DNA from: Vicinamibacterales bacterium
GTDB taxonomy: Bacteria > Acidobacteriota > Vicinamibacteria > Vicinamibacterales > JAMQPK01
NCBI GenBank assembly: GCA_023717525.1
Contig: JAMQPK010000235.1
Location: 28,427 to 92,426, forward strand
Length of the DNA: 64,000 nucleotides
Direction: 5' to 3'
The notes under the pieces are model-generated. The model had not been told where the DNA came from, made no database searches, and worked only from the letters and a program-made list of their open reading frames with translations. A program made the position numbers and the translations under genes. Positions 7,928-16,808 of this stretch are shown here, in pieces. How positions within the stretch are numbered: the first letter of the stretch is position 1; each line of letters begins with the position of its first letter.

Positions 7928-10018
7928 CTAGGGCAGAGCGAGCGCGATCAACTCGGCGGGCCGCGCCGGCGCCGAGACGGATACGACGATGTACTGCTTG
8001 TTGTTCAGCATGTAGGTCATGGGCACGCCGGTGGTATTTGCCGGTAGCAGAATCTCGGAGACGATCTCGCCGGTCGCCTTGTCGTACGAGCGGAACCACG
8101 ATCCGGTTTGTCCGTTCACGGTCTCCAATGGGCCGCGTTCACCAGCCCAGAGCAGCGTCTTCGTCACCATGATGCCCAGCCGCCCGCCACGGCCGGTCTT
8201 GGGGATATCCACGCCTTTCAGCATGGGGTGGTTCTTGATCGCGTCGGGCGTGTTGCCAACCGGCTTCATCCAGACGTGATCGCCGGTGTTCATGTTGATC
8301 GCCGTGATGCGGCCGTACGGCGGCTTCACGAGCGGCAACCCGAACACGGTGGTCGGCGGAAGCGCCGGTCCTGCCCCCGCACCTCTCGCACCTTCCGCAC
8401 CCGCCGCACCTCCCGCACCTCTTCCTCCTCGCCCTCCCGCCGCCGCGTCGTCGCCTCCGCGGCCTCCACGTCCTCCGCCTCCTTCACCGCCGCCGCCACC
8501 GCCCTGGATGTAGTTCATGTTCGAGCGTGACGGATCGTGAATGAGGCTCAGGCGCGTAGGCGCCGTCGTCGAAAAGATGTACACGATGCCCGTTTCGGGG
8601 TCGAAGCAGCCGCCTTCCCAGTTCGCGCCGCCGGTTGCCGCCGGCAACATCAGCAGTCCGGCCTTTCCTCCTTCGCCCATCACGATCGGTGGAGTGAAGA
8701 TCGGACCTATCTTGTGCAGGCCGGCAATGCGAAGGGCCTCGGCCTTGATCTCCGGCGTCCAGTCGAGCAGATCCGCTTCCGAGACACCCTGGCGTTCATA
8801 TGCTGCCGGTTTGGTGGGGTACGGCTGCGTCGGCGAATACCACTCGCTCGGAACGGTGCCTTTTTCAACCGGCTTTTCGACAATCGGCCACACTGGCTGA
8901 CCGGTCATCCGATCGAATGTGTAAAGCCAGCCCTGCTTTGATGGCACCGCGACGGCTTTGATGGCTTTGCCATCGACCGTGATGTCCATCAGGATAGGTG
9001 GGGAAGGGAAGTCCCAGTCCCAGATATCGTGATGGATCGCCTGGTAGTACCAATAGCGTTTGCCGGTGTTCAGATCGAGGCTGACCACGCAGTCCGTGAA
9101 GAGATTGGCGCCGGGCCGATGACCGCCGAAATAATCGCCGGTCGCCATCTCTGTGGAGAGGTAGACACGATTGGCAACTTCATCGATCGTGATCGCGGCC
9201 CAGTTGCCGGCGTTGCCGGTGTACGACCACGAATCGTTTTCCCAGGTTTCGTTGCCCTGTTCACCCGGCTGCGGAATCGTGTGGAAGATCCACAGGCGCT
9301 TCCCGGTGCGCACGTCGTATCCGCGTACATAGCCCTTGGTGTTCTCCTTCGTCTTGGGTGCGCCACCGGGCAGATGGGCGGCACCGATGACCACGACGTT
9401 GCCACCGACCACCGGAGGAGCGTTGATGCCGATCTCGCCGGTAATCGGATCGACTGACGGCTGATCCAGCTCGGTCTTCAAATCGACGACACCGTTGCGT
9501 CCGAACGACGAGACAGGGATTCCCGTCTTCGCGTTGAGCGCCACAAGGTGATAGCCGGGAGTGATCGTCAGTATCCGCTCGTCGCCCTTGCCGTCGGTCC
9601 AGTAGGCGACACCGCGGCCCGATCCCTGACGCGGCGCACTCTCGCCGCGCTTGCCTTCGTCCATGCGCCACATCCAGAGCTGTTCGCCCGTGGTGGGATC
9701 GAGCGCGACAACGTTGCGCCGTGTGCCGGCCTGCGCGTAGAGGACGCCGTTGACCATCAGCGGCGTCACCTGCATGTTGTAGTCGGGCCGCGGGCCGAGA
9801 TTGTCCGTCTTGAAACGCCAGGCAACACGGAGGTTCTTGGCGTTCTCTTTATTGATTTGGTCGAGGGGCGAGTATTTCGTGCTGCCAGGCTCGCCGGCGT
9901 AGGCGCGCCACTCGCCGTTCTTCGTGCCGTATTGACCCGCCACCGGCGCCGTGCTCCACGCAAGAAGCAGCGCTAAGGGAACAAGCCGAACGATTCTGCG
10001 ACAGCGGGCCAGCGACAT
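7928..10018 (-). CDS. PQQ-dependent dehydrogenase (quinoprotein 8-bladed propeller), secreted, paralogue 1
   Basis: Signal peptide. EWRAYAGEPGSTKYSPLDQIN...LRVAWRF N-terminus, HHDIWDWD motif, W-rich propeller repeats. AAGGAG RBS before ATG 10018. Gly/Arg-rich insert at aa 506-552. Confidence 0.88.
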   Translation of the reverse strand: MSLARCRRIVRLVPLALLLAWSTAPVAGQYGTKNGEWRAYAGEPGSTKYSPLDQINKENAKNLRVAWRFKTDNLGPRPDYNMQVTPLMVNGVLYAQAGTRRNVVALDPTTGEQLWMWRMDEGKRGESAPRQGSGRGVAYWTDGKGDERILTITPGYHLVALNAKTGIPVSSFGRNGVVDLKTELDQPSVDPITGEIGINAPPVVGGNVVVIGAAHLPGGAPKTKENTKGYVRGYDVRTGKRLWIFHTIPQPGEQGNETWENDSWSYTGNAGNWAAITIDEVANRVYLSTEMATGDYFGGHRPGANLFTDCVVSLDLNTGKRYWYYQAIHHDIWDWDFPSPPILMDITVDGKAIKAVAVPSKQGWLYTFDRMTGQPVWPIVEKPVEKGTVPSEWYSPTQPYPTKPAAYERQGVSEADLLDWTPEIKAEALRIAGLHKIGPIFTPPIVMGEGGKAGLLMLPAATGGANWEGGCFDPETGIVYIFSTTAPTRLSLIHDPSRSNMNYIQGGGGGGEGGGGRGGRGGDDAAAGGRGGRGAGGAAGAEGARGAGAGPALPPTTVFGLPLVKPPYGRITAINMNTGDHVWMKPVGNTPDAIKNHPMLKGVDIPKTGRGGRLGIMVTKTLLWAGERGPLETVNGQTGSWFRSYDKATGEIVSEILLPANTTGVPMTYMLNNKQYIVVSVSAPARPAELIALALP

Positions 10019-10033
10019 ATAGACTCCTTTGCC

Positions 10034-10127
10034 TAAAGTTCTAAAGTTCTAGAGTTCTAAGGTTCTAGAGTTCTACGGTTCCAGGTTCGAACTCTAGAAC
10101 CCTAGAACCGTAGAACCCTAGAACCTT
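10034..10127. repeat. 8-bp periodic inverted micro-repeat array (GGTTCTAG/CTAGAACC family)
   Basis: About 6 GTTCTANN words, then about 4 CTAGAACC-type words. Arms 10059-10081 and 10105-10127 pair at 22 of 23 positions (hand alignment). Central palindrome GTTCGAAC at 10085-10092. Confidence 0.85.
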
Positions 10128-10133
10128 CTTCCC

Positions 10134-12215
10134 CTATGGTAACGTCAGCGCGAGCAGCTCCGCCGGACGTCCTGGACCCGCGACGGCAATCACAATATAT
10201 TGCTTGCCGTTCATCATGTAGGTCATCGGGATGTTCGTCACGTTCGCGGGAATCTGCATCTCGGACACGATGTCGCCAGTCATCTTGTCGTACGATCGGA
10301 ACCACGAGACCTGCTGGCCGTTCACGGTGTCCAGCGGGCCACGCTCGCCGGCCCACAACAACGTCTTGGTCACCATCGTCCCGAGGCGTCCAGGACGCCC
10401 GGTCCGCTCTGGAATTTTCACGCCCTTCAACATCGGATGGTTCTTGATGTTCTCAGGGGTGTTGCCGATCGGTTGCATCCAGACGTGCTCTCCCGTGTTC
10501 ATGTTGATTGCGGTAATGCGCCCGTAGGGCGGCTTCACGATGGGTAGACCGAAAGCGGTAGTTGGCGCCGCCGCGAGACCACCAGCGCCATCCGGCGCCG
10601 CACCCGCACCCCTCGCACCCCCCGCACCCCTCGCACCCCCCGCACCTGGCTCAGCCGCATCATCCCCACCTCCGCGGCCTCCTCGCCCTCCCCGTCCGCC
10701 ACCCTCACCACCACCGCCGCCGTCGATGTAGTTCATGTTCGAGCGGGCAGGATCGTTGACGAGCGCTCGCCGGTTGTACTGCGTCGACGACCAGATGTAG
10801 AGCATGCCGGTCTCGGGGTCGAAGCAGCCACCTTCCCAGTTCGACCCGCCGTTGTTGCCCGGCATCTGCAGAGAGCCGGCCTTTCCGTCCGCGCCTCGCA
10901 CAGCCGGCGGTTCCCAGGCGGTTGGGCCGTACTTGTAGAGATTCAGCACGCGCAGCGCTTCGGCTTTGATCTCGGGGGTCCAGTCGAGCAGGTCGCTTTC
11001 GCGGATGCCCTGCAGATCGTACGGCGCCGGCTTGCTCGGAATCGGCTGCGTTGGCGAGTACCACTCGCTCGGCACCGTCCCTTTCGGTACGGGCGTTTCA
11101 ACGATCGGCCACACGGGTGCGCCAGACACGCGATCGAACGTGTAGAGATACGCCTGCTTCGATGGCACCGCGACCGCTTTGATCGGTTTGCCGTTCACCG
11201 TGATGTCCATCAGGATCGACGGATTCGGCACATCCCAGTCCCAGATGTCGTGATGCACCATCTGGAAATACCAGTAGCGCTTGCCGGTGTTCAGATCGAG
11301 GCAGACGATGCTGTCGGTGAAGAGGTTGTTGCCGGGACGATGCCCACCGTAGTAATCGCCCGTGCCGGCCTCGATCGTCAGGTACACGCGCTGCAGCTGC
11401 TCGTCGATCGTAATCGGCGCCCAGTTACCGGCGTTGCCGGTGTACGACCACGAGTCGTTCTCCCAGGTCTCGTTGCCGAACTCGCCCGGCTGCGGAATCG
11501 TGTGGAAGATCCAGAGCCGCTTGCCGGTGCGTACGTCGAAGCCACGAATGTAACCCTTGACGTTCTCCTTCGCTCGGGGTGCGCCGCCAGGAAGATGCGC
11601 AGCGCCGACGACGACGACATTGCCGCCGATCATCGGCGGAGAATTGATCCCGATGTCCGCGGTTTCCAGGTTGATGTTCGGTTGATCGATCTGTGTCTTG
11701 AGATCGACGACGCCGTTGGCGCCGAACGACGAGACCGGGACCCCGGTCTTCGCGTTCAAGGCGACCATGTGGTAGCCGGGCGTAATGGTGATGACGCGCT
11801 CGTCACCCTTGCCGTCGGTCCAGTAAGCCAGGCCGCGGCCGGAGCCCTGGCGCGGCGCGCCTTGTCCACGCGCACCTTCGTCCATGCGCCACATCCACAG
11901 CTGTTCACCGGTCGTCGGATCGAGCGCCGCGACGTTGCGGCGCGATCCGGCCTGCGTGTACATGACACCGTTCACAACAACCGGCACTGCCTGCATGTTG
12001 AAATCCGGGCGCGGGCCGAGGTTGTCGGTCTTGAAGCGCCAGGCAATGCGTAGATTCCTGGCGTTCTCTTTATTGATTTGATCGAGCGGTGAGTACTTGG
12101 TGTTTCCGGGCTCGCCTCCGTAGGTACGCCACTCGTTGTTCTTGGCACCTGTCTGCGCCGACAACGACGTCGTCGCGACGAGCAGCAAGCCGACCATCCA
12201 CAGCCTTCCTGACAT
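10134..12215 (-). CDS. PQQ-dependent dehydrogenase, secreted, paralogue 2
   Basis: Start set to ATG 12215 (MSGRLWMVGLLLVATTSLSA signal peptide, AAGGAG RBS). Long runs identical to paralogue 1 (GKRLWIFHTIPQPGE, NDSWSYTGNAGNWA, HHDIWDWD, KPPYGRITAINMNTG). The ORF-track extension to 13370 is antisense to proB. Confidence 0.88.
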   Translation of the reverse strand: MSGRLWMVGLLLVATTSLSAQTGAKNNEWRTYGGEPGNTKYSPLDQINKENARNLRIAWRFKTDNLGPRPDFNMQAVPVVVNGVMYTQAGSRRNVAALDPTTGEQLWMWRMDEGARGQGAPRQGSGRGLAYWTDGKGDERVITITPGYHMVALNAKTGVPVSSFGANGVVDLKTQIDQPNINLETADIGINSPPMIGGNVVVVGAAHLPGGAPRAKENVKGYIRGFDVRTGKRLWIFHTIPQPGEFGNETWENDSWSYTGNAGNWAPITIDEQLQRVYLTIEAGTGDYYGGHRPGNNLFTDSIVCLDLNTGKRYWYFQMVHHDIWDWDVPNPSILMDITVNGKPIKAVAVPSKQAYLYTFDRVSGAPVWPIVETPVPKGTVPSEWYSPTQPIPSKPAPYDLQGIRESDLLDWTPEIKAEALRVLNLYKYGPTAWEPPAVRGADGKAGSLQMPGNNGGSNWEGGCFDPETGMLYIWSSTQYNRRALVNDPARSNMNYIDGGGGGEGGGRGGRGGRGGGDDAAEPGAGGARGAGGARGAGAAPDGAGGLAAAPTTAFGLPIVKPPYGRITAINMNTGEHVWMQPIGNTPENIKNHPMLKGVKIPERTGRPGRLGTMVTKTLLWAGERGPLDTVNGQQVSWFRSYDKMTGDIVSEMQIPANVTNIPMTYMMNGKQYIVIAVAGPGRPAELLALTLP

Positions 12216-12263
12216 CCTGCGCTCCTTCGTGATGATGCAATGGGGTGAAGCGACCTGATTATA

Positions 12264-13394
12264 GTGGAAATGGCTCATATAATAGGGGTTCTGGATCGAG
12301 CGAAACGGCTGGTCGTGAAGGTCGGCACCAATACGCTGACCGGTGGGGAGGACGGACTCTCGCGTCCCCACATGCTGGGCGTGGCTCGCCAGATCGCGAA
12401 GCTCGTGCGCGAGGGACACCAGGTCGCCCTCGTGTCGTCGGGTGCGATCGTCGCTGGGCGCGAGGCCCTGAAGCTGGCGAGGAACGGAAAGGACATCCCG
12501 TTCAAGCAGGTACTGGCTGCGGTTGGCCAGGCCAAGCTGATGCAGAAATGGGACGCGCTTTTCTCGGCCGAGGACATCGTCGTTGCGCAGACACTGCTGA
12601 CGCGTGGAGATCTGGCGGATCGCCAGGGATACCTCAACGCTCGTAACACATTGCTGGCGCTGCTGGAGCGGAAAGTTGTGCCCATCATCAATGAGAACGA
12701 TGTCGTCGCGACCGAGGAAATCAAAATCGGCGACAACGACAACCTCTCGGCGCTCGTCGCGAACCTGATCGACGCCGATTTGCTGATCCTGTTGACCGAT
12801 CAGGCCGGTCTCTACACCGCGGATCCGCGTCGAAGCTCGACTGCCACGCTGATTCCAGAGGTGCGTGTCATCTCGGACGACATCATGGCGCTCGCGGCCG
12901 GTGCGGGAACCTCGCGTGGGACAGGCGGGATGGTGACGAAGGTACAGGCCGCCCGGTTGGCGACCGAATCCGGGGTCACCGTACTGGTGGCGGGTGGAAC
13001 GACCGACAATGTCCTTGTGAGGGCTGCCCACGGCGAAGCGATCGGCACGCGGTTTCCGTCGAGCCGCACGCGCCTGGAAAGCCGCAAACGGTGGATTCTG
13101 GCCGGTTTGGGAGGGAAGGGCGCCGCGCATATCGACGAAGGCGCCGCGGCTGCACTGCAACGCGGACGGTCGCTGCTGCCCGCCGGCATCGTGACGGTGA
13201 AGGGTCCGTTCGACCGTGGCGACAGCGTGAACATCGTGGGGCCCGAGGGCAAAGCCGTCGCGTGCGGTGTGGCGAACTACAGCGCGTTGGACCTCCAGCG
13301 CATCAAAGGCTGCCGCTCGGCTCAGATAACGGAGATTCTGGGATACCACTTCGGCGACGAAGTGATTCATCGAAACAACGTGGTGATGTTGTGA
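12264..13394 (+). CDS. proB: glutamate 5-kinase
   Basis: RLVVKVGTNTLTGG..., VALVSSGAI, NENDVVATEEIKIGDNDNLSALVA, and a C-terminal PUA-like segment. ATG 12270 is an alternative start. Confidence 0.93.
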   Translation: MEMAHIIGVLDRAKRLVVKVGTNTLTGGEDGLSRPHMLGVARQIAKLVREGHQVALVSSGAIVAGREALKLARNGKDIPFKQVLAAVGQAKLMQKWDALFSAEDIVVAQTLLTRGDLADRQGYLNARNTLLALLERKVVPIINENDVVATEEIKIGDNDNLSALVANLIDADLLILLTDQAGLYTADPRRSSTATLIPEVRVISDDIMALAAGAGTSRGTGGMVTKVQAARLATESGVTVLVAGGTTDNVLVRAAHGEAIGTRFPSSRTRLESRKRWILAGLGGKGAAHIDEGAAAALQRGRSLLPAGIVTVKGPFDRGDSVNIVGPEGKAVACGVANYSALDLQRIKGCRSAQITEILGYHFGDEVIHRNNVVML

Positions 13395-14662
13395 GCCTCG
13401 AGACCGAAATCAAAACTGACGAGCTGCTGGAGAAGGCAGCCGCGGCCAAGGCCGCGTCGGTGGTGCTCGCTCAGCTGTCGACAGACACAAAGAACCGTGC
13501 GCTTGAGGCGATTGCGCGCGCGATCCGCGCGCACGAGGCGCAGATTCTCGCCGCCAACGCGAACGACTGTGCGATTGCGCCGCCACGGATCGAAATCGAT
13601 CGGCTGCGCCTCACACACGAGCGTGTGGCCGGGATGGCGCGCGATGTTGAGGCCGTGGCGAAGCTGGCCGATCCGGTTGGCGAGGTCTTCGACGCCACTT
13701 CCCGCCCGAACGGGCTGAAGGTGTCGAAGCGGCGTGTGCCGTTCGGTGTGGTCGGCGTCGTGTACGAAGCGCGTCCGAACGTCACGTGCGATGTCGCCGC
13801 GCTCTGCCTCAAAACCGGCAACGCCGTGGTGCTGCGAGGCGGTAAGGAAGCGCTCGAAAGCAACCGCGCCATTGTCGCGGCCATTCACCAGGGACTCGCG
13901 GGGTCGGACGTGCCGGAAAGCGCCGTTCAGCTGATTGCGTCGACCGATCGTGCGCTCGTGCAGCGGATGTTGAAGCTGAGGCAGTATCTCGATGTGATCG
14001 TGCCTCGAGGCGGACAGGGGTTGATTCAGGCCACCATCGAGAACGCCACCGTACCGGTTATCGAGACGGGTGCAGGCGTGTGCCACACGTACGTCGATGC
14101 ATCGGCCGACGTCGAGATGGCGACGCGCATTGTGCACAATGCCAAAGTGCGACGCCCGACGATTTGTAATGCGCTCGATACGGTTCTCGTGCATCGCAGC
14201 ATCGCAGCTACGTGGCTGCCTGCGATCGCCGCCAGTTGGGCTCACGTGCCCGTCGAGATGCGCGCCGATCCTGAGGCGGCGCGGCTGCTCGCCTCCGCTG
14301 GCGTCGCGTGCACTCCGGCCACGGCCGAGGACTGGGGTAAGGAATATCTCTCGCTCGTGGCCGCAGTGAAGGTCGTTGGCAGCCTGGACGAGGCGATCGA
14401 CCACATCCGCATGTTCGGCTCCGGGCACTCGGAGGCGATTGTTACGAGCGATGACAAGGCGGCGTCCCGCTTTCTGAATGAGGTCGACGCCGCCGCTGTG
14501 TTCGTGAACGCAAGCACGCAATTCACCGACGGCGCCGAGTTTGGCCTTGGCGCCGAGGTGGGTATTTCGACCCAGAAGCTTCATGCGCGCGGGCCCATGG
14601 GCCTTCGCGAACTGACGACTTATAAGTGGGTGATCGAAGGAACAGGACAGACGAGACCCTAA
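13391..14662 (+). CDS. proA: glutamate-5-semialdehyde dehydrogenase (gamma-glutamyl phosphate reductase)
   Basis: GTG 13391 overlaps the proB stop (GTGA). Aldehyde-dehydrogenase-like sequence with ...VIVPRGG..., ...CNALDTVLVH..., HSEAIVT, FVNASTQFTDG. Confidence 0.92.
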   Translation: MSLETEIKTDELLEKAAAAKAASVVLAQLSTDTKNRALEAIARAIRAHEAQILAANANDCAIAPPRIEIDRLRLTHERVAGMARDVEAVAKLADPVGEVFDATSRPNGLKVSKRRVPFGVVGVVYEARPNVTCDVAALCLKTGNAVVLRGGKEALESNRAIVAAIHQGLAGSDVPESAVQLIASTDRALVQRMLKLRQYLDVIVPRGGQGLIQATIENATVPVIETGAGVCHTYVDASADVEMATRIVHNAKVRRPTICNALDTVLVHRSIAATWLPAIAASWAHVPVEMRADPEAARLLASAGVACTPATAEDWGKEYLSLVAAVKVVGSLDEAIDHIRMFGSGHSEAIVTSDDKAASRFLNEVDAAAVFVNASTQFTDGAEFGLGAEVGISTQKLHARGPMGLRELTTYKWVIEGTGQTRP

Positions 14663-14664
14663 TC

Positions 14665-15528
14665 ATGGAAAAGGCCCTGAAAGGCGTGTCACTGGCGTTC
14701 GTCGGCGGAGGCGCGATGGGCGAGGCGATGATCAGCAGCCTGCTGAGCAGCCACGTCATCGAGCCGAAGGCGATTACCGTCAGCGATCCGCACAAGGAGC
14801 GGATGAAGGATCTCGAATCGCGCTACGGCATCCAAACGACGACGCAGAATCTCGCGGCCGTGAAGGATGCCGACATCGTCGTGCTGTCGGTGAAACCGCA
14901 GATGCTGCGATTCGTGTTCCGGGATGTCTCTGGCAAGCTGAAGAAAGACGCGCTCGTGATCTCGATTATTGCGGGGGCCAGAATGGACTCGATGGAAACT
15001 GGCCTCAAGCACAGCGCGATCATCCGGTCGATGCCGAATACGCCGGCTCAGGTCGCCGAGGGCATGACGGTCTGGACGGCGAGCCGTGCCGTGACGCCGG
15101 GGCAGCGGGCGCAGGCTCAGGCCATCCTGCGCGCATTTGGAAAAGAGCTCCACGTCGCCGACGAGGCGTTCCTTGATATGGCGACGGCCATCAGCGGCTC
15201 CGGTCCAAGCTATGTGTTTCTCTTCATGGAAGCGCTCATCGACGCAGCCGTGCATCTGGGATTCTCGCGGGAAGACGCGAGGACGCTTGTCACGCAAACC
15301 GTGCGTGGGTCCGCCATCTACGCTGAGCAATCGCCGTCGCATCCCGCAGAGATGAGGAATCTGGTGACGTCGCCCGGCGGCACGAGCGCGCACGCGCTCT
15401 ATCAGCTCGAGAAGGGCGGGTTCCGGACGCTGTTGTCGAAAGCCGTGTGGGCGGCGTTTCAGCGCAGCGTGTCTCTGTCGGCTCTCAATGGCACCGTGCG
15501 GCCCTTCGAGGAAGACGACGAGCGGTAG
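14665..15528 (+). CDS. proC: pyrroline-5-carboxylate reductase
   Basis: ATG 14665 lies 3 nt after the proA stop. Rossmann motif VGGGAMGEAM, then MPNTPAQV and SPGGTS motifs. Confidence 0.9.
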   Translation: MEKALKGVSLAFVGGGAMGEAMISSLLSSHVIEPKAITVSDPHKERMKDLESRYGIQTTTQNLAAVKDADIVVLSVKPQMLRFVFRDVSGKLKKDALVISIIAGARMDSMETGLKHSAIIRSMPNTPAQVAEGMTVWTASRAVTPGQRAQAQAILRAFGKELHVADEAFLDMATAISGSGPSYVFLFMEALIDAAVHLGFSREDARTLVTQTVRGSAIYAEQSPSHPAEMRNLVTSPGGTSAHALYQLEKGGFRTLLSKAVWAAFQRSVSLSALNGTVRPFEEDDER

Positions 15529-16265
15529 TCCCCTTCGCCAAGTATCCGCGACGGCTTCGGCGCCTTCGGACGGAGGCCGAACTTTTCGATGGCGTGCGTC
15601 TCGATGTGCCGAATCGCCTCTTTCAAATCGTCGGTCACGAGAAACAGGTCCAGGTCGACGGCACTGATCGTCCCTGCCTTCACCATGTCTTCCAGCAGCG
15701 CGGTGAATCCGCGCCAGTAAGCGGCGCCCATCAGCACCACCGGAAAATTCGTGATGGTTTTGGTTTGAATCAACGTCAACGCTTCGGTTAGCTCGTCGAG
15801 CGTGCCTAGCCCACCCGGCAGGGCAACGAACGCGAACGAGTACTTGAAGAGCAGCACCTTCCTCACGAAGAAATAGCGGCAGCTCACCATCTTGTCGAGA
15901 TAGGGATTTGGCTCCTGCTCACTGGGCAGAATAATGTTGACGCCCACCGATCGCCCGCCCGCTTCCTTGGCGCCGCGATTCACTGCCTCCATCAAGCCAG
16001 GCCCGCCGCCGGTCATGACCGTGAAGCCAATGCGGGTCAGGCCTTTGCCAAGCTCCATGCCAAGGTGGTAGTAGGGATGGGTTTCCGGGATCCGCGCCGA
16101 TCCGAAGACCGTAACGCAGGGACCCGTGAAGTGGAGTGTGCGGAATCCGCGAATGAAGTCCACGACGGCGCGAAGCAGCAGCCGCATCTCGCGCAGGCGC
16201 GAGTGTGGTCCTTCGAGCAGGACGTGGTCGTCCAGCCTGGGAGGGCTCTTTGCGTGTTTGCTCAT
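15459..16265 (-). CDS. LOG-family (TIGR00730) nucleotide 5'-monophosphate nucleosidase / lysine-decarboxylase-like protein
   Basis: VTVFGSARI..., GGGPGLMEA and PGGLGTLDELTEAL (PGGxGTxxE) motifs. 3' end overlaps convergent proC by 70 nt. Confidence 0.85.
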   Translation of the reverse strand: MSKHAKSPPRLDDHVLLEGPHSRLREMRLLLRAVVDFIRGFRTLHFTGPCVTVFGSARIPETHPYYHLGMELGKGLTRIGFTVMTGGGPGLMEAVNRGAKEAGGRSVGVNIILPSEQEPNPYLDKMVSCRYFFVRKVLLFKYSFAFVALPGGLGTLDELTEALTLIQTKTITNFPVVLMGAAYWRGFTALLEDMVKAGTISAVDLDLFLVTDDLKEAIRHIETHAIEKFGLRPKAPKPSRILGEGDYRSSSSSKGRTVPLRADRDTLR

Positions 16266-16280
16266 TTAGCGCGCGTCCGC

Positions 16281-16808
16281 CTAGAAGAAGAGACTTCCGG
16301 CGGATAGCAGAAGCATCGCGCCGAAGACCATGGCCATCAGCGAGGCGATACACCACGCGATCAGGCACACGGCGATTGCACGCACCGGGCTCGTGTAGTC
16401 GAGTGCCTGCTGAATGGCCACGACCATTGTGACAACGGTCCAGATGCCGACGACAAACGAGAGCATCGGTCCCAGGATTGGAATGAACCTGAAGAACCGC
16501 AGAATGCCTGGCGACGCCGCGAATCCGATGGCGCGGAGCATCTGCCCCATGTTCGCTTTCGTTTGCGCCTCGGGGATCAAGTACACGCCCACGATGTAGG
16601 AAAGGCCGGCCCAGATCACCCACATGAACAGGGCACGAGCGACATGTGCGATCGCCAGGCTGCCAATGCCGTGTCCAATGCCAGAGGCAACCGCGGCAAG
16701 CACGACCACCGCCACCGCCTGTATAGTGGCCGACTCGTCGGCTTCCACCTCCTCGTAGACGCGCGGGTCGAGTTTCGCCGCGCCGATCATGCGATCGACG
16801 AACGTCAC
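16281..16808 (-). CDS. Yip1-family membrane protein
   Basis: N-terminus MTFVDRMIGAAKLDPRVYEEVEAD followed by five hydrophobic helices, the typical Yip1-domain layout. Confidence 0.7.
   Translation of the reverse strand: MTFVDRMIGAAKLDPRVYEEVEADESATIQAVAVVVLAAVASGIGHGIGSLAIAHVARALFMWVIWAGLSYIVGVYLIPEAQTKANMGQMLRAIGFAASPGILRFFRFIPILGPMLSFVVGIWTVVTMVVAIQQALDYTSPVRAIAVCLIAWCIASLMAMVFGAMLLLSAGSLFF

Noticed and set aside
10034-10127. Possible CRISPR array or CRISPR-like repeat, here and at the other micro-repeat loci
   Set aside because: The period is only 7-8 nt with no unique spacers of 25-40 nt. The units are degenerate, and no cas genes are present in the window.
12216-13370. 385-aa N-terminal extension of the second PQQ dehydrogenase (ORF-track 10134..13370)
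   Set aside because: It lies entirely antisense to a well-supported proB. ATG 12215 has an AAGGAG RBS and a signal peptide, and it aligns with the N-terminus of paralogue 1.
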